A stretch of DNA of 26,019 nt from Pseudobdellovibrionaceae bacterium (GTDB lineage: Bacteria > Bdellovibrionota > Bdellovibrionia > Bdellovibrionales > Bdellovibrionaceae), in assembly GCA_044359815.1 (NCBI GenBank), contig JBIKLL010000034.1, positions 1-26,019 of the forward strand, in the 5' to 3' direction. A program made the translations under genes and the position numbers. The notes under the pieces are model-generated. The model was not told where the DNA came from, did not search any database, and worked only from the letters and a program-made list of their open reading frames with translations. Shown piece after piece: positions 17,659 through 26,019 of this stretch (its first letter is position 1; each line of letters begins with the position of its first letter).

Positions 17659-18930
17659 TTACCTGCTGATCACTATCCCGCGGACTTCGTTGCTTTCGCC
17701 AGATTGTGAATCTGTGAAAACTTCGGTTGGACCCATGGTCACAGTTTTTTGAAAACCGCTATTGATGTAACGATCGTGCAAGATGCAATTTTCAGCAGAA
17801 TAATCGTTGAAACAATTGATGTTGTTATCAACTAAATTCCAAATGCGTTTTGGATCGTACAATTTCAGTTCTCGGTTTTTGTAACCTTGATGAGCATAGT
17901 TCCAGTCCTTGGCCAATGAATGATTAAAAAGCTTGGTCAAAAAGTCCCCAGGGAACAAATCAAAAATGCTGGATGGATCAGGCAACAGATCCAGAGCTAA
18001 TAATTTTGATACGGGGACTTTTCGGATGTCGCCGGTTTTATCATCAGGGATTCCGCCGATCAGTTTTTCAGAAACACCCACATATCGTTTCCAGTGTTTT
18101 TCATAAAAGGGCTCATAGAATCCTGCCATTTTTACCAGTGCAGCTCCAAAGGGTGCGCAACCGCCGCCAACGATGGACGTGGGCTTTTTACCCTGACTCA
18201 GTTCTGATTGGCGTTTCAAATAGGTATCGTAGGGATCCATGGTGTTGAAAAACAAATTGTTCATGGGGCCTCGGGCATTTAATTGTTCGATCGTAGTGCC
18301 CTCAGGAAAATTAAAGCCTTCAAAAAAGCTGATCATTTTTGCAAGCTTTGCGCAGACTTGTTTTTGTTCGCGGTCAGTGCCCAGCATAAATCGCATGTAA
18401 TAAGGCTTCTGTGCTGAAACATTTCTGTAGTTTGAAATGCGGACTTTGTTTTCAACACCCGAAATTATGTGACCATCATTGTAGTCATAAAATAAAACCC
18501 CAAGGCCTAATTGTTTTTTAATCAGGTTTTCTTTATCAACAGAAACAAAATTCTGTCCTGAAAAGCTGGCCCATTTGTCATAGATTCGACCATCAGGAAG
18601 TTCGCAATACACATGACCAATGGTGTGACCCATTGATGAAAAATATCTGGTCGACAGAGCGCCTGGCTGCCCAAAATCAGAGCTGAATTCGATGTCGTCT
18701 TCGCCATTGATAAATTTCATAAAAGTGCTGTTGATCAGGGCCTTATCGACTTCGGAAAAAATAAAACTGTAAAGCAATCGACCGGGGCTTTTCCAATCCA
18801 GGGGTCTGGAGGGTGGATACATATAAACGGTGACTGAGGGCTCAGTGACTTCGCCACCGCTGACAGCGGCATTTAAAGCCTGAGGCAGGGTTAGGGCAGT
18901 GATTAACAGGGTCAATATCAGGTTTTTCAT
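17659..18930 (-). CDS. Secreted hypothetical protein
   Basis: Signal peptide and AAGGAG SD; 423 aa. Confidence 0.75.
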   Translation of the reverse strand: MKNLILTLLITALTLPQALNAAVSGGEVTEPSVTVYMYPPSRPLDWKSPGRLLYSFIFSEVDKALINSTFMKFINGEDDIEFSSDFGQPGALSTRYFSSMGHTIGHVYCELPDGRIYDKWASFSGQNFVSVDKENLIKKQLGLGVLFYDYNDGHIISGVENKVRISNYRNVSAQKPYYMRFMLGTDREQKQVCAKLAKMISFFEGFNFPEGTTIEQLNARGPMNNLFFNTMDPYDTYLKRQSELSQGKKPTSIVGGGCAPFGAALVKMAGFYEPFYEKHWKRYVGVSEKLIGGIPDDKTGDIRKVPVSKLLALDLLPDPSSIFDLFPGDFLTKLFNHSLAKDWNYAHQGYKNRELKLYDPKRIWNLVDNNINCFNDYSAENCILHDRYINSGFQKTVTMGPTEVFTDSQSGESNEVRGIVISR

Positions 18931-19069
18931 TTAGGTCTCCTTGGGTTTGCCATTTTGTAGCAAAGCCCAAGGAACTTTGAAAGCGTCGGTGTTTACAAAA
19001 AACACTGATTTCTGTAAAACCATGCGGTGATTAGGTAATTTATATAGACCTAATCAGTCTGCTGGCGGG

Positions 19070-19288
19070 TTACTTTCCTCGGAACAGAAATCCCAAGATC
19101 AGTCCCACACCTAAAGCCGTAAACATAATCGAAACTGGGTTTCTTCTGACCAAGGCTAAGCTTGATTGATAGGCGTCCACGGTTTGATCTTTGAGATGAT
19201 GGGCTTCTTCAGATACTTGACGTCCAAATTCTGAATTCGAATAAAAGGGGCTCTTCTGTGTGTTTGTTGTTTCGCGGCTGGAGTCCAT
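19070..19288 (-). CDS. DUF883/ElaB/YqjD-like tail-anchored protein
   Basis: C-terminal VRRNPVSIMFTALGVGLILGFLFR pattern and AAGGA SD. Confidence 0.75.
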   Translation of the reverse strand: MDSSRETTNTQKSPFYSNSEFGRQVSEEAHHLKDQTVDAYQSSLALVRRNPVSIMFTALGVGLILGFLFRGK

Positions 19289-19345
19289 AAATCGTTGTCC
19301 TTTCGGTAAGTGGTTAGTGGTTTCAAATCAATGTTTGAAAATAAA

Positions 19346-20268
19346 TTATTGAGTGATAATCACGTCGACTCGTCGGTTCTGGGACCTGCCCAAGGCAGTT
19401 TTGTTACTGGCAATGGGTTTTGAATCCCCAAAACCTGTGGCTGTTATTTGCTCGGCGGTGGCGTCCTGGTTTGAAACCAAATATTTTTCTACGCTTTCGG
19501 CTCTGGCAGTGGACAGGTTGTCATTCAGTTTTTTATCACCCAGGGAATCAGTATGGCCTTCAATGACAATTTTGCTGCTGCCGATCTGATTGATGACCTG
19601 TTGGACCTTCGCCAACAGTTTGAAATTGGATGTTTGAATGGTTGAATTATTGCTGGCAAAGGTTAAACCCTTAAGTCTTAGCAGGATTTTGTCGCCCTGT
19701 TTGTAGACCTCGGCCTCATCTTTTGCGAACTGGCTTTTTGCCAAAACGTAACTGCGCTCTAGTGAGGATTCTGATTCCAACCTGGTGTTTTGATTGTTAA
19801 CTTTTACCAGATTACTATTGGTTTCTGACAGCTCGCTTTTTGTTTGAGTCAGTTCATTTTCGAATCAGCTTTAGCAAACTCTATGGGCAGGTTTCTGTGG
19901 CCCTTGGCTGTGATGGAGTCTTTACGTGCCTGAATGGGTTCACGCAGTATCTGATACGAGATCTGGGATGTCTGTGTTGCAGTTTTTAGATGATCTTTTG
20001 ATACTGAAAGTTCGTGCAAAATATCTGATTGTTTTTTGTCAGATGATCTGGCTTTTACAGCAGATTCCCTGGCTTTCACTGCAGCCTCAAAATGTTCTGG
20101 GGATAAAATATTAATCTGATTTTGCTCGGCTAATGCCAGATCAGCATCCAGTTTCTGCAGCTCTTGCTGGGGATTTGCAGTGCTGGGTAGCTCCGAGATT
20201 TTGCTGTCGCTGGCACAGGAGGCAGCTGATAAAAATAAAACGGATATTAGTAAATTTCTGAGACTCAT
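19346..20268 (-). pseudogene. OmpA-family lipoprotein split by a frameshift near 19860
   Basis: The upstream ORF has a lipobox (AASC) and ends KMN*. The shifted frame continues NELTQTKSEL.. into an OmpA_C domain (IEGHTDS, NLSTARA, NRRVDV) whose ORF has only a TTG start and no SD. Confidence 0.7.
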
Positions 20269-20401
20269 CGTGAACTCCTAGGTTGATTTGTTACTTGAGA
20301 TTGCAAATCCAGAATCAAGCTCAGTTGACATCGGTGGGTTCCCCAGAATTCCCAACAGGTCAGATTGACCGATGATGGATAAACTGATCCCAAGGTGTCT
20401 G

Positions 20402-21523
20402 TCAGCTTGCAGATGCAAAAACAGATTCGCAGATATTTTTGGTTTTCAGTATTTGATGGGGGATAATTTTAAACCCCTTAGCCTGCAGTAAATCCAACAG
20501 TGAAGGATAGTTTTCGGCGGATACGACATGATCCAAACCAACAGCAATAAAGGCATTTCCTGTTTCAAACTCGTTTTGAATTCTGGACATCCAGGCAAGG
20601 TGTCTGGTGGTGATGGCATGACTGATTTCCCGTTCGGTTGAAGAAGCGTGCTGAAATGAGTGTTCTGTGGCAGTTTGAATTTCAGTGACGGAACTGTAGT
20701 TTTGATACAGATCACCCAGCAGGGATCCGATTTTCTGATCGTTTGTTTTTCTGGCGATTAGATTTATCAGTGAATCAGACATTTGAGAGGGGTTTTTAGT
20801 TTTCGAGATGCTGACCATATCCAAGTCCAAAAAATTTCCTGTGATCCACTCGGATATAGCCTTTGATGAAATCGATTGATTATAGTGTTCGATCAAAGGG
20901 TACAGTTCCATATCAAGGGCGATGATGGGAATTTTGTGATTCCTGGCCTCGCGCTCAATCTGAGCGTCAAAGACCAGTGGTGTTTTGATTTGCAAATCTG
21001 AGATCGCATCCGCATCGCTAGTTTTTAGACGCTGCAAATTATTGTCCATTATTAAATAAGCCATACGGTTTTGAAATTTACCCAGAAGGCTAAACAGAAA
21101 ACCCCTGGAAATGTTTCCCTTTAATACTCTTAGACGCAAATTTTCAGACATAATGTTTTCATCAGAAACAGACAGAATTGTTTGAATCCGAGCCAGGGCA
21201 TCGTTGGTTAGCTGATTGGAGGTGCTATCCGAGGTTAAGACGGGATCGTTCAATATGGCAGGATATTCTTGCGCAGCAAGGGTTTTGCCAAACTGTGCGG
21301 ACTCTAGCAGTACAATCCTGGATTGGGTGATTTGCTTTTTAACCAATGGCAACAGATTCAGATCGATGGAATTAATGTGAACGGTCCCTAGAATATAAGA
21401 GCTAACTCCTTTTGAATTAACAATTTCATAATACGGAGTCTGGCGATCGTTTGCCAGGGCCATTTGGTCAGCGAAAAATAACAAAAGCAAAAATACCGAA
21501 GTTTGATAAATAGAAAATTTCAT
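20402..21523 (-). CDS. TraB/GumN family protein
   Basis: SYILGTVH and R..AW..I...GNAFIAVGLDH...SLLDLLQAKGFKI; signal peptide from the ATG at 21523 (GTG at 21532 is an alternative). Confidence 0.8.
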   Translation of the reverse strand: MKFSIYQTSVFLLLLFFADQMALANDRQTPYYEIVNSKGVSSYILGTVHINSIDLNLLPLVKKQITQSRIVLLESAQFGKTLAAQEYPAILNDPVLTSDSTSNQLTNDALARIQTILSVSDENIMSENLRLRVLKGNISRGFLFSLLGKFQNRMAYLIMDNNLQRLKTSDADAISDLQIKTPLVFDAQIEREARNHKIPIIALDMELYPLIEHYNQSISSKAISEWITGNFLDLDMVSISKTKNPSQMSDSLINLIARKTNDQKIGSLLGDLYQNYSSVTEIQTATEHSFQHASSTEREISHAITTRHLAWMSRIQNEFETGNAFIAVGLDHVVSAENYPSLLDLLQAKGFKIIPHQILKTKNICESVFASAS

Positions 21524-21558
21524 AATCCCCACTTTTAAATATTGTTTTCCTTGGCAAT

Positions 21559-21574
21559 AGCAACAGTGATGCCG
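21559..21574 (-). promoter_or_regulatory. Putative sigma54 -24/-12 promoter of the TraB/GumN gene
   Basis: Minus strand CGGCATCACTGTTGCT matches YGGCA-N6-TTGCW with exact GG/GC spacing. Confidence 0.55.
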
Positions 21575-21588
21575 GTTTCGCGGGGCGA

Positions 21589-21996
21589 TTAATTGAACTT
21601 CAGGAATCTGTGCGGGTCAGAAAGTTTGTTTCGGGTCAAAAAAGCTCTAAGTCCTGGGAGTATTCCCATCATTGGTGATAGTTGCGTGTTTGTTTTAGTT
21701 CCAATGCCTGATTCCCAATCCTGATTGTGACCCAATAACAGTTCATCCAGATACTTAGTGTCCTCTGCCATCAAAATTCTGGTCGAATCCACGTCCCAGT
21801 TAGGTGTGTACTGCAGATAGTTTTTAATTTTTGATAGTCTAAGATTGATATTTTTATCACTTAGAATCTGCAGATTTTCGATAAAACTGTTCAAAAACAC
21901 ATTCGCGGCTCGCATAAAGTCACCGTAGTCGTGTTCAGAAATGTCATTAATGTTTTGCCTGAATTCCAGGGTATCAAAGCCAAGCTTGCATCTCAT
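21589..21996 (-). CDS. Hypothetical protein
   Basis: 135-aa ORF with an AGAGGG SD. Confidence 0.6.
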   Translation of the reverse strand: MRCKLGFDTLEFRQNINDISEHDYGDFMRAANVFLNSFIENLQILSDKNINLRLSKIKNYLQYTPNWDVDSTRILMAEDTKYLDELLLGHNQDWESGIGTKTNTQLSPMMGILPGLRAFLTRNKLSDPHRFLKFN

Positions 21997-22080
21997 TTTG
22001 CCCTCTTTGTTGAGCCTCGTATGTATAGGGAAGGTTACTGTAGTTAAAAGGCATTTTGTTTCTCCAGAAATTAGTCTCGC

Positions 22081-22638
22081 CTACGTTGGCAATGACTGAT
22101 TGAGTTCCAAATCTTCCAGTTCGATTCTTTCCAGATTGGCGTCAATCCAGGTTTTTTCTTCGTTGATTAAATGTATGTCTTGCCCACCAGTAGCAAACAG
22201 GACTTCCTGTGCTTGATGTAGCTGTTTCGGGTTATCACTATGGACTGATAGCAGTATCCCACCAGACTTAAGATACTGACCGTATCTTTTTGCTACAGGA
22301 ACCGGAGTTCCAATACCAACCAATGTACCTCCAGCTGCGCCAACTATGGCCCCTAGGATGATGCTAGCCAAAGCCAGAGCCCACTGATTCCCCGGAAAAT
22401 GATGTTGGTTGAACAAAAAGAACGCGCCAAATATTAGGGCTCCAATAACCGCTCCGATCATAGCACCATTTTTAAGTTGGCTATTTTGAAATTCATTAAA
22501 ATCTTGGTCTCCGTTTTGATTGGACTGAAAGATCCAAAGCGCTGATTTGTTAAAACCCAATTTTACAAATGATCTTACTGCTAGCTTGATTTCATCTTTG
22601 TCGCGAAAAATTGCAAAGGTTGCGTTCTTTGTACTCAT
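22081..22638 (-). CDS. Gly-zipper membrane protein (general stress / DUF3341-like)
   Basis: GAMIGAVIGA..GAAGGTLVGIG and AKRY...LKSGGILLSVH; the start overlaps the ferritin stop. Confidence 0.7.
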   Translation of the reverse strand: MSTKNATFAIFRDKDEIKLAVRSFVKLGFNKSALWIFQSNQNGDQDFNEFQNSQLKNGAMIGAVIGALIFGAFFLFNQHHFPGNQWALALASIILGAIVGAAGGTLVGIGTPVPVAKRYGQYLKSGGILLSVHSDNPKQLHQAQEVLFATGGQDIHLINEEKTWIDANLERIELEDLELNQSLPT

Positions 22639-23204
22639 GGTTCAACTCCCAGATGTTTTTGCTCGACCGCACTCATTAGGTCTGCCATTTCATTAGCATG
22701 GTCTTCCTCATCAGCTAAAATCCCTTCAAGCATGCGTCTGGTGGTTGGATCTTCGGATCCAAAAAACTGAATGTTTTTGCGATAGACTTCGATGGCAATT
22801 CTTTCTGCTACCAAGTCTTCTTTGATCATCGACAACAGATTTTCAGCTGTTCCAAATTCTGTTGAAGCATTTGCAGTTATGTTTGCCGGATTGAAATCAG
22901 CTTTACCGCCTAGTTGGCTGATCCTTGTTGCGATCATCAGGGCATGTTGGTCCTCGTTTTCAGCGTGTTCTTTGAATTCAGCTGCGACCTGCGGATAGTT
23001 TATCCCCTTTGCGGCCATTTGATGATGACGATAACGTAAAACACACAAAAGTTCGCTGGCAAGAGCCTGATTCAAAATTTCGCAAGCTTTTGTCAGATCT
23101 AAAGTATAATCATTTGTGACTGAACCTTTGCTGATTGAATGGTTGGCATTTTTTCGGACTTCTTGTGTATTTGTGGTGGAGTTATGTTCTCGAGCAATTT
23201 CCAT
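22635..23204 (-). CDS. Bacterioferritin/ferritin-like di-iron protein
   Basis: LNQALASEL..Y, EDQH, EDLVAERIAI..Y, DPTTRRMLEGILADEEDH. The start is moved to MEIAR (23204), which has an AAGGAAG SD. Confidence 0.9.
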   Translation of the reverse strand: MEIAREHNSTTNTQEVRKNANHSISKGSVTNDYTLDLTKACEILNQALASELLCVLRYRHHQMAAKGINYPQVAAEFKEHAENEDQHALMIATRISQLGGKADFNPANITANASTEFGTAENLLSMIKEDLVAERIAIEVYRKNIQFFGSEDPTTRRMLEGILADEEDHANEMADLMSAVEQKHLGVEP

Positions 23205-23279
23205 AGGAACTTCCTTAATCTTAGAGTGTTTTAAGCTGTGTTCAGCAGCCATATGTTCAAGCCTTTTGTTCAAGGCACT

Positions 23280-23295
23280 TGCAAGACAGAGCCCA
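23280..23295 (-). promoter_or_regulatory. Possible sigma54 promoter of the ferritin operon
   Basis: Minus strand TGGGCTCTGTCTTGCA has correct GG/GC spacing but a weak -24 context. Confidence 0.35.
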
Positions 23296-23594
23296 AATCC
23301 AACCATTCCTGTTGTGGGTTTTAGTCGTTGCCAGCAGGAAAAATCGATGACGGCATAAAATCTTGAGGCAAAATTGTCCATGGCAGGGTTTAAAAAGACC
23401 CATCGACATTGAAATAAAATAGGTAACCAATTTTGGGCTTAAAATCTGATGGCATAAACGCTTGTAATTTTTGATCTATCAAAGATTGAAAAGTCCACCG
23501 TACAAAATCATAACATCTAGGAAAAAAAAGGGGGGGGGTATACTGCATTCAAATTAACTAATCAACCAAGCTTTTAAAAAGCTTAGAAAAGGAA

Positions 23595-23885
23595 ATGAAA
23601 ATGAAATCTGTTATTATTGGATTACTGTTAACATTGACTGCAAATGCTTTCGCAAATTCAGAAAAGGAAGCGACAGCTCGAGAGTTAGTCCGGTTACGAG
23701 CTCAAGAAATCACTTTAGATTTTCTTACGGATAAAGAAATGAGTCTAGCGCGAAAGTGCTTCTTGGTGGGTGAAATGAAAGGGCTGGTAATTGCCATAGA
23801 CATGACAAATCCAGATTTTGATCTTGAAGTTTTAAAAAAGACCCTCAAGGTAAATACTGGTGATGAGATAAAAAATTGCAAATAA
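23595..23885 (+). CDS. Small secreted hypothetical protein
   Basis: Signal peptide ending AFA and AAAGGA SD; the start is possibly the second ATG at 23601. Confidence 0.75.
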   Translation: MKMKSVIIGLLLTLTANAFANSEKEATARELVRLRAQEITLDFLTDKEMSLARKCFLVGEMKGLVIAIDMTNPDFDLEVLKKTLKVNTGDEIKNCK

Positions 23886-24003
23886 ATTAGAGTTTAAAGC
23901 CAATCTTGCATTTTATTTGGCTGTCCGGTCGGACGGAGTGATTCTTCAGTTTTTAAATTAAACAAATCTTTTCTGGATAAATTCTAAGTATGTAGATAAA
24001 GGA

Positions 24004-24025
24004 AAGGCGATCTGTAGATCGCCTT
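24004..24025 (-). terminator. Hairpin, probable minus-strand terminator
   Basis: AAGGCGATC-N4-GATCGCCTT, followed on the minus strand by TCCTTTAT. Confidence 0.5.
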
Positions 24026-24058
24026 CCGAGGACCCTCCACTTACAATGGAGGTTTTTT

Positions 24059-24166
24059 ATGAACCTAAACATTCATAAGAAATATCGGAAAAAGCGTTGG
24101 GATGTTGAACGGATTTTGCGAATTATTTTGCTGATCCTTCATATCCTGACATGTTTGATCGGGTAG
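24059..24166 (+). CDS. 35-aa basic/hydrophobic peptide, type I toxin-like (not in the ORF track)
   Basis: GGAGG at 24048-24052, 6 nt before the ATG. Translation: MNLNIHKKYRKKRWDVERILRIILLILHILTCLIG*. Confidence 0.6.
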   Translation: MNLNIHKKYRKKRWDVERILRIILLILHILTCLIG

Positions 24167-24237
24167 TGTACTGTAGCAGGGCTTAAACAATAGACAAAAG
24201 TCTGTGGTAAACCTGGAGGGTGGCGGTCTGCAGGTCG

Positions 24238-26019
24238 CTATTGCGCTAGATTGAATACGGAATGGCAAGAACCTGCGGGCCAAAGTGTTTCTGGTGATCC
24301 TTGCACGACCATTAGTGTTGATTCAAAAAGCTTCAGTGCATTTTCCAGTAAAAATAAATCATTAACAGCTGATTGCTTGGCCGTGGACATTTTAGTGTTT
24401 TGGATTTGCTTAATCAGTTCTTTTGTTGATTTAATTTTTTGTTCAATCAGCTTAACCAAGGATTCTTTTGTTTTTTGATCATCATTTTTTGATTCATTGG
24501 TAATCAAATATTTTTTAAATTCTAAAAGCAGATCAGAGGCTGTCAATTGGTCCTTAAAAAACCTAGCGATCAGCATGGCCAGTCGGTTTGCCTGCAGCGC
24601 TGGATGGGTCTGGTCTTTGGAATGCTTCAAGAACTCTTTAAGGGCATCATTCAAAACTAAATTACTTCTTAACTTATCAAGGGTCTCACTGGCTTTGATT
24701 TTATCCCAGGTCCTTTTCTGCTCAGACTTTATGTAGGTTTCTTTAAAAGTCACTTTTTCCAAAATTTCTTTTCTATAGGGAGTCGGATCAAAAACCGCAA
24801 TCAGCTTTCGGTCTACATAATACCCAATCTGTGCATGTCTTATTGCAGAAAACCAATCGCCGTGTTTGTCGTTAAAGGTTGTTAATATTTTGAACTCAAT
24901 ATTTCTTTCATCATGATAGGCAAACCTGAGGATTCTGCTCATTAGGTCAGCAGCCCCATTGCACTGAAAACAGAAGATTCCGTTTTCATTTACGAACGGC
25001 TCCAGTCCCGAAAAGATATTTGCTGATCTGTCGGTACTTTGATTTTTAGCGGTGTCGAAACTATACAATGAGTTTTCTGATATCAGATAGCTGAGCTCAT
25101 GAACCGATAAATTTTGGTTTTTACTGAGCGCACTTTGGATTTCCGTAGCCAAAACAGTGGCGCCAATTTCATTTAGATTATTGATGATTTTTTGTAACCT
25201 ATGTGTGTTGGCATTAACTGCCACGCTTTGTTTTGGTGCAGAGTAAAGTTTGTAATCAATGTGCAGTTCAAGTTTTTTGCTATCCTGGGAACTTATTTGT
25301 ATTGCGTAATCCCTGGTCCAAGAATCCTGAATGATTTTATAATTTTTAAACTCTTTACCAGTTTGGACTTCAATTGCTTTTAAACTTAGAATTTCAGAAT
25401 GTCTTGGCTTGATTAATGGGTGCAGTCCGTTTGCATCAAGGATCAATGGTTCGGTCTTAATTGAAATATCGGGTTTTGAAACAAAGCGTTTGACCAATGA
25501 TAGGCCATTTTTTTGTGATTCTGGGTCAAAATACGACAGATCAGCCAAATCAAAGTATTCTACCTTGTTACCATAATAATTCGCTGATTTGATTGAAAAA
25601 AACTTTTGCTTTTTTAATTCCTCTTGTGATTCTTCAGAGCTGTTTTCAACAGTCTTTCTGCTTTCTACTAGTCTTAAATTATTGCTGTCTGAGCTGCCGG
25701 ATATTCTGTCGGCTTCAAAGCGTTTTAAAAACTCTGGATACCGGGCAAAATAATTTTCAGCTTGTTGTTTTACAACTTCAAAAATTGAGGGTTTATTGTC
25801 TTGTGTTGCTTTCTTGGAAATATCGGCCCAGTACTTGGGTGATTTTAAATACCCGTACAATCTGATTGTTCTTAAACTTTCAAAGTGGTCACCGCTGCGG
25901 TTCCTGGTCGTGAATTTTATAAAGTAATCTAAGGTTAAAATATTTTTAACCTGCAAATTGTTAATGATTCCTTTCAGAAATTTCAATTGATTTTCTTTGT
26001 TGTAACGGAGGATGTAATC
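24238..26019 (-). CDS. Large protein with a transglutaminase-like Cys-His-Asp domain (5' end outside the window)
   Basis: The frame is open to the window edge (DYILRYNKENQLK..). Motifs FQCNGAA, RHAQ and FDPTP appear in the order and context of the TGase triad. Confidence 0.7.
   Translation of the reverse strand, partial: DYILRYNKENQLKFLKGIINNLQVKNILTLDYFIKFTTRNRSGDHFESLRTIRLYGYLKSPKYWADISKKATQDNKPSIFEVVKQQAENYFARYPEFLKRFEADRISGSSDSNNLRLVESRKTVENSSEESQEELKKQKFFSIKSANYYGNKVEYFDLADLSYFDPESQKNGLSLVKRFVSKPDISIKTEPLILDANGLHPLIKPRHSEILSLKAIEVQTGKEFKNYKIIQDSWTRDYAIQISSQDSKKLELHIDYKLYSAPKQSVAVNANTHRLQKIINNLNEIGATVLATEIQSALSKNQNLSVHELSYLISENSLYSFDTAKNQSTDRSANIFSGLEPFVNENGIFCFQCNGAADLMSRILRFAYHDERNIEFKILTTFNDKHGDWFSAIRHAQIGYYVDRKLIAVFDPTPYRKEILEKVTFKETYIKSEQKRTWDKIKASETLDKLRSNLVLNDALKEFLKHSKDQTHPALQANRLAMLIARFFKDQLTASDLLLEFKKYLITNESKNDDQKTKESLVKLIEQKIKSTKELIKQIQNTKMSTAKQSAVNDLFLLENALKLFESTLMVVQGSPETLWPAGSCHSVFNLAQ

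Noticed and set aside
23205..23381. 59-aa N-terminal extension of the ferritin ORF
   Set aside because: It has no ferritin-like character, and a good SD precedes the ATG at 23204.
24065..24283. 72-aa minus-strand ORF
   Set aside because: It overlaps the end of the large gene, has no SD or recognisable features, and is antisense to the better-supported 35-aa ORF.

Overview
An AT-rich bacterial chromosomal segment. The gene repertoire and promoter style suggest Bdellovibrionota, but this is inference and not proven. It holds about 30 mostly monocistronic genes: YheT-like hydrolase, TehB-like methyltransferase, CBS protein, FGE-sulfatase-fold protein, DUF2892, parvulin, STAS-like protein, CvfB-like protein, YchJ/SEC-C, HEXXH proteases, a lipoyl-less E2 acyltransferase, AlkB-like dioxygenase, an outer-membrane barrel, GNAT, PAP2, glutathione peroxidase, TraB/GumN, bacterioferritin, a transglutaminase-like protein and several secreted hypotheticals. 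Two genes are broken (a histidine kinase and an OmpA lipoprotein). The most striking non-coding signal is a dispersed family of long, modular palindromic elements (1-~165 truncated by the window edge, 2814-3198, 13632-13900). In each, a conserved split GC-rich core (half A GCTAACGGCC..CTCATCTCTCGTATTG, half B' CAACACCAGATATGC..GCGCTCGC) is held together by AT-rich 21-46 bp stems whose sequence differs between copies but stays paired. One copy has a second unit nested inside it in the opposite orientation. A second palindrome type with 42-bp perfect arms and a different GC-rich core lies at 11430-11572. An unannotated 35-aa basic/hydrophobic ORF (24059-24166) with a hairpin-sequestered Shine-Dalgarno resembles a type I toxin locus. 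No transposase, integrase, reverse transcriptase, CRISPR array, tRNA or rRNA is visible.
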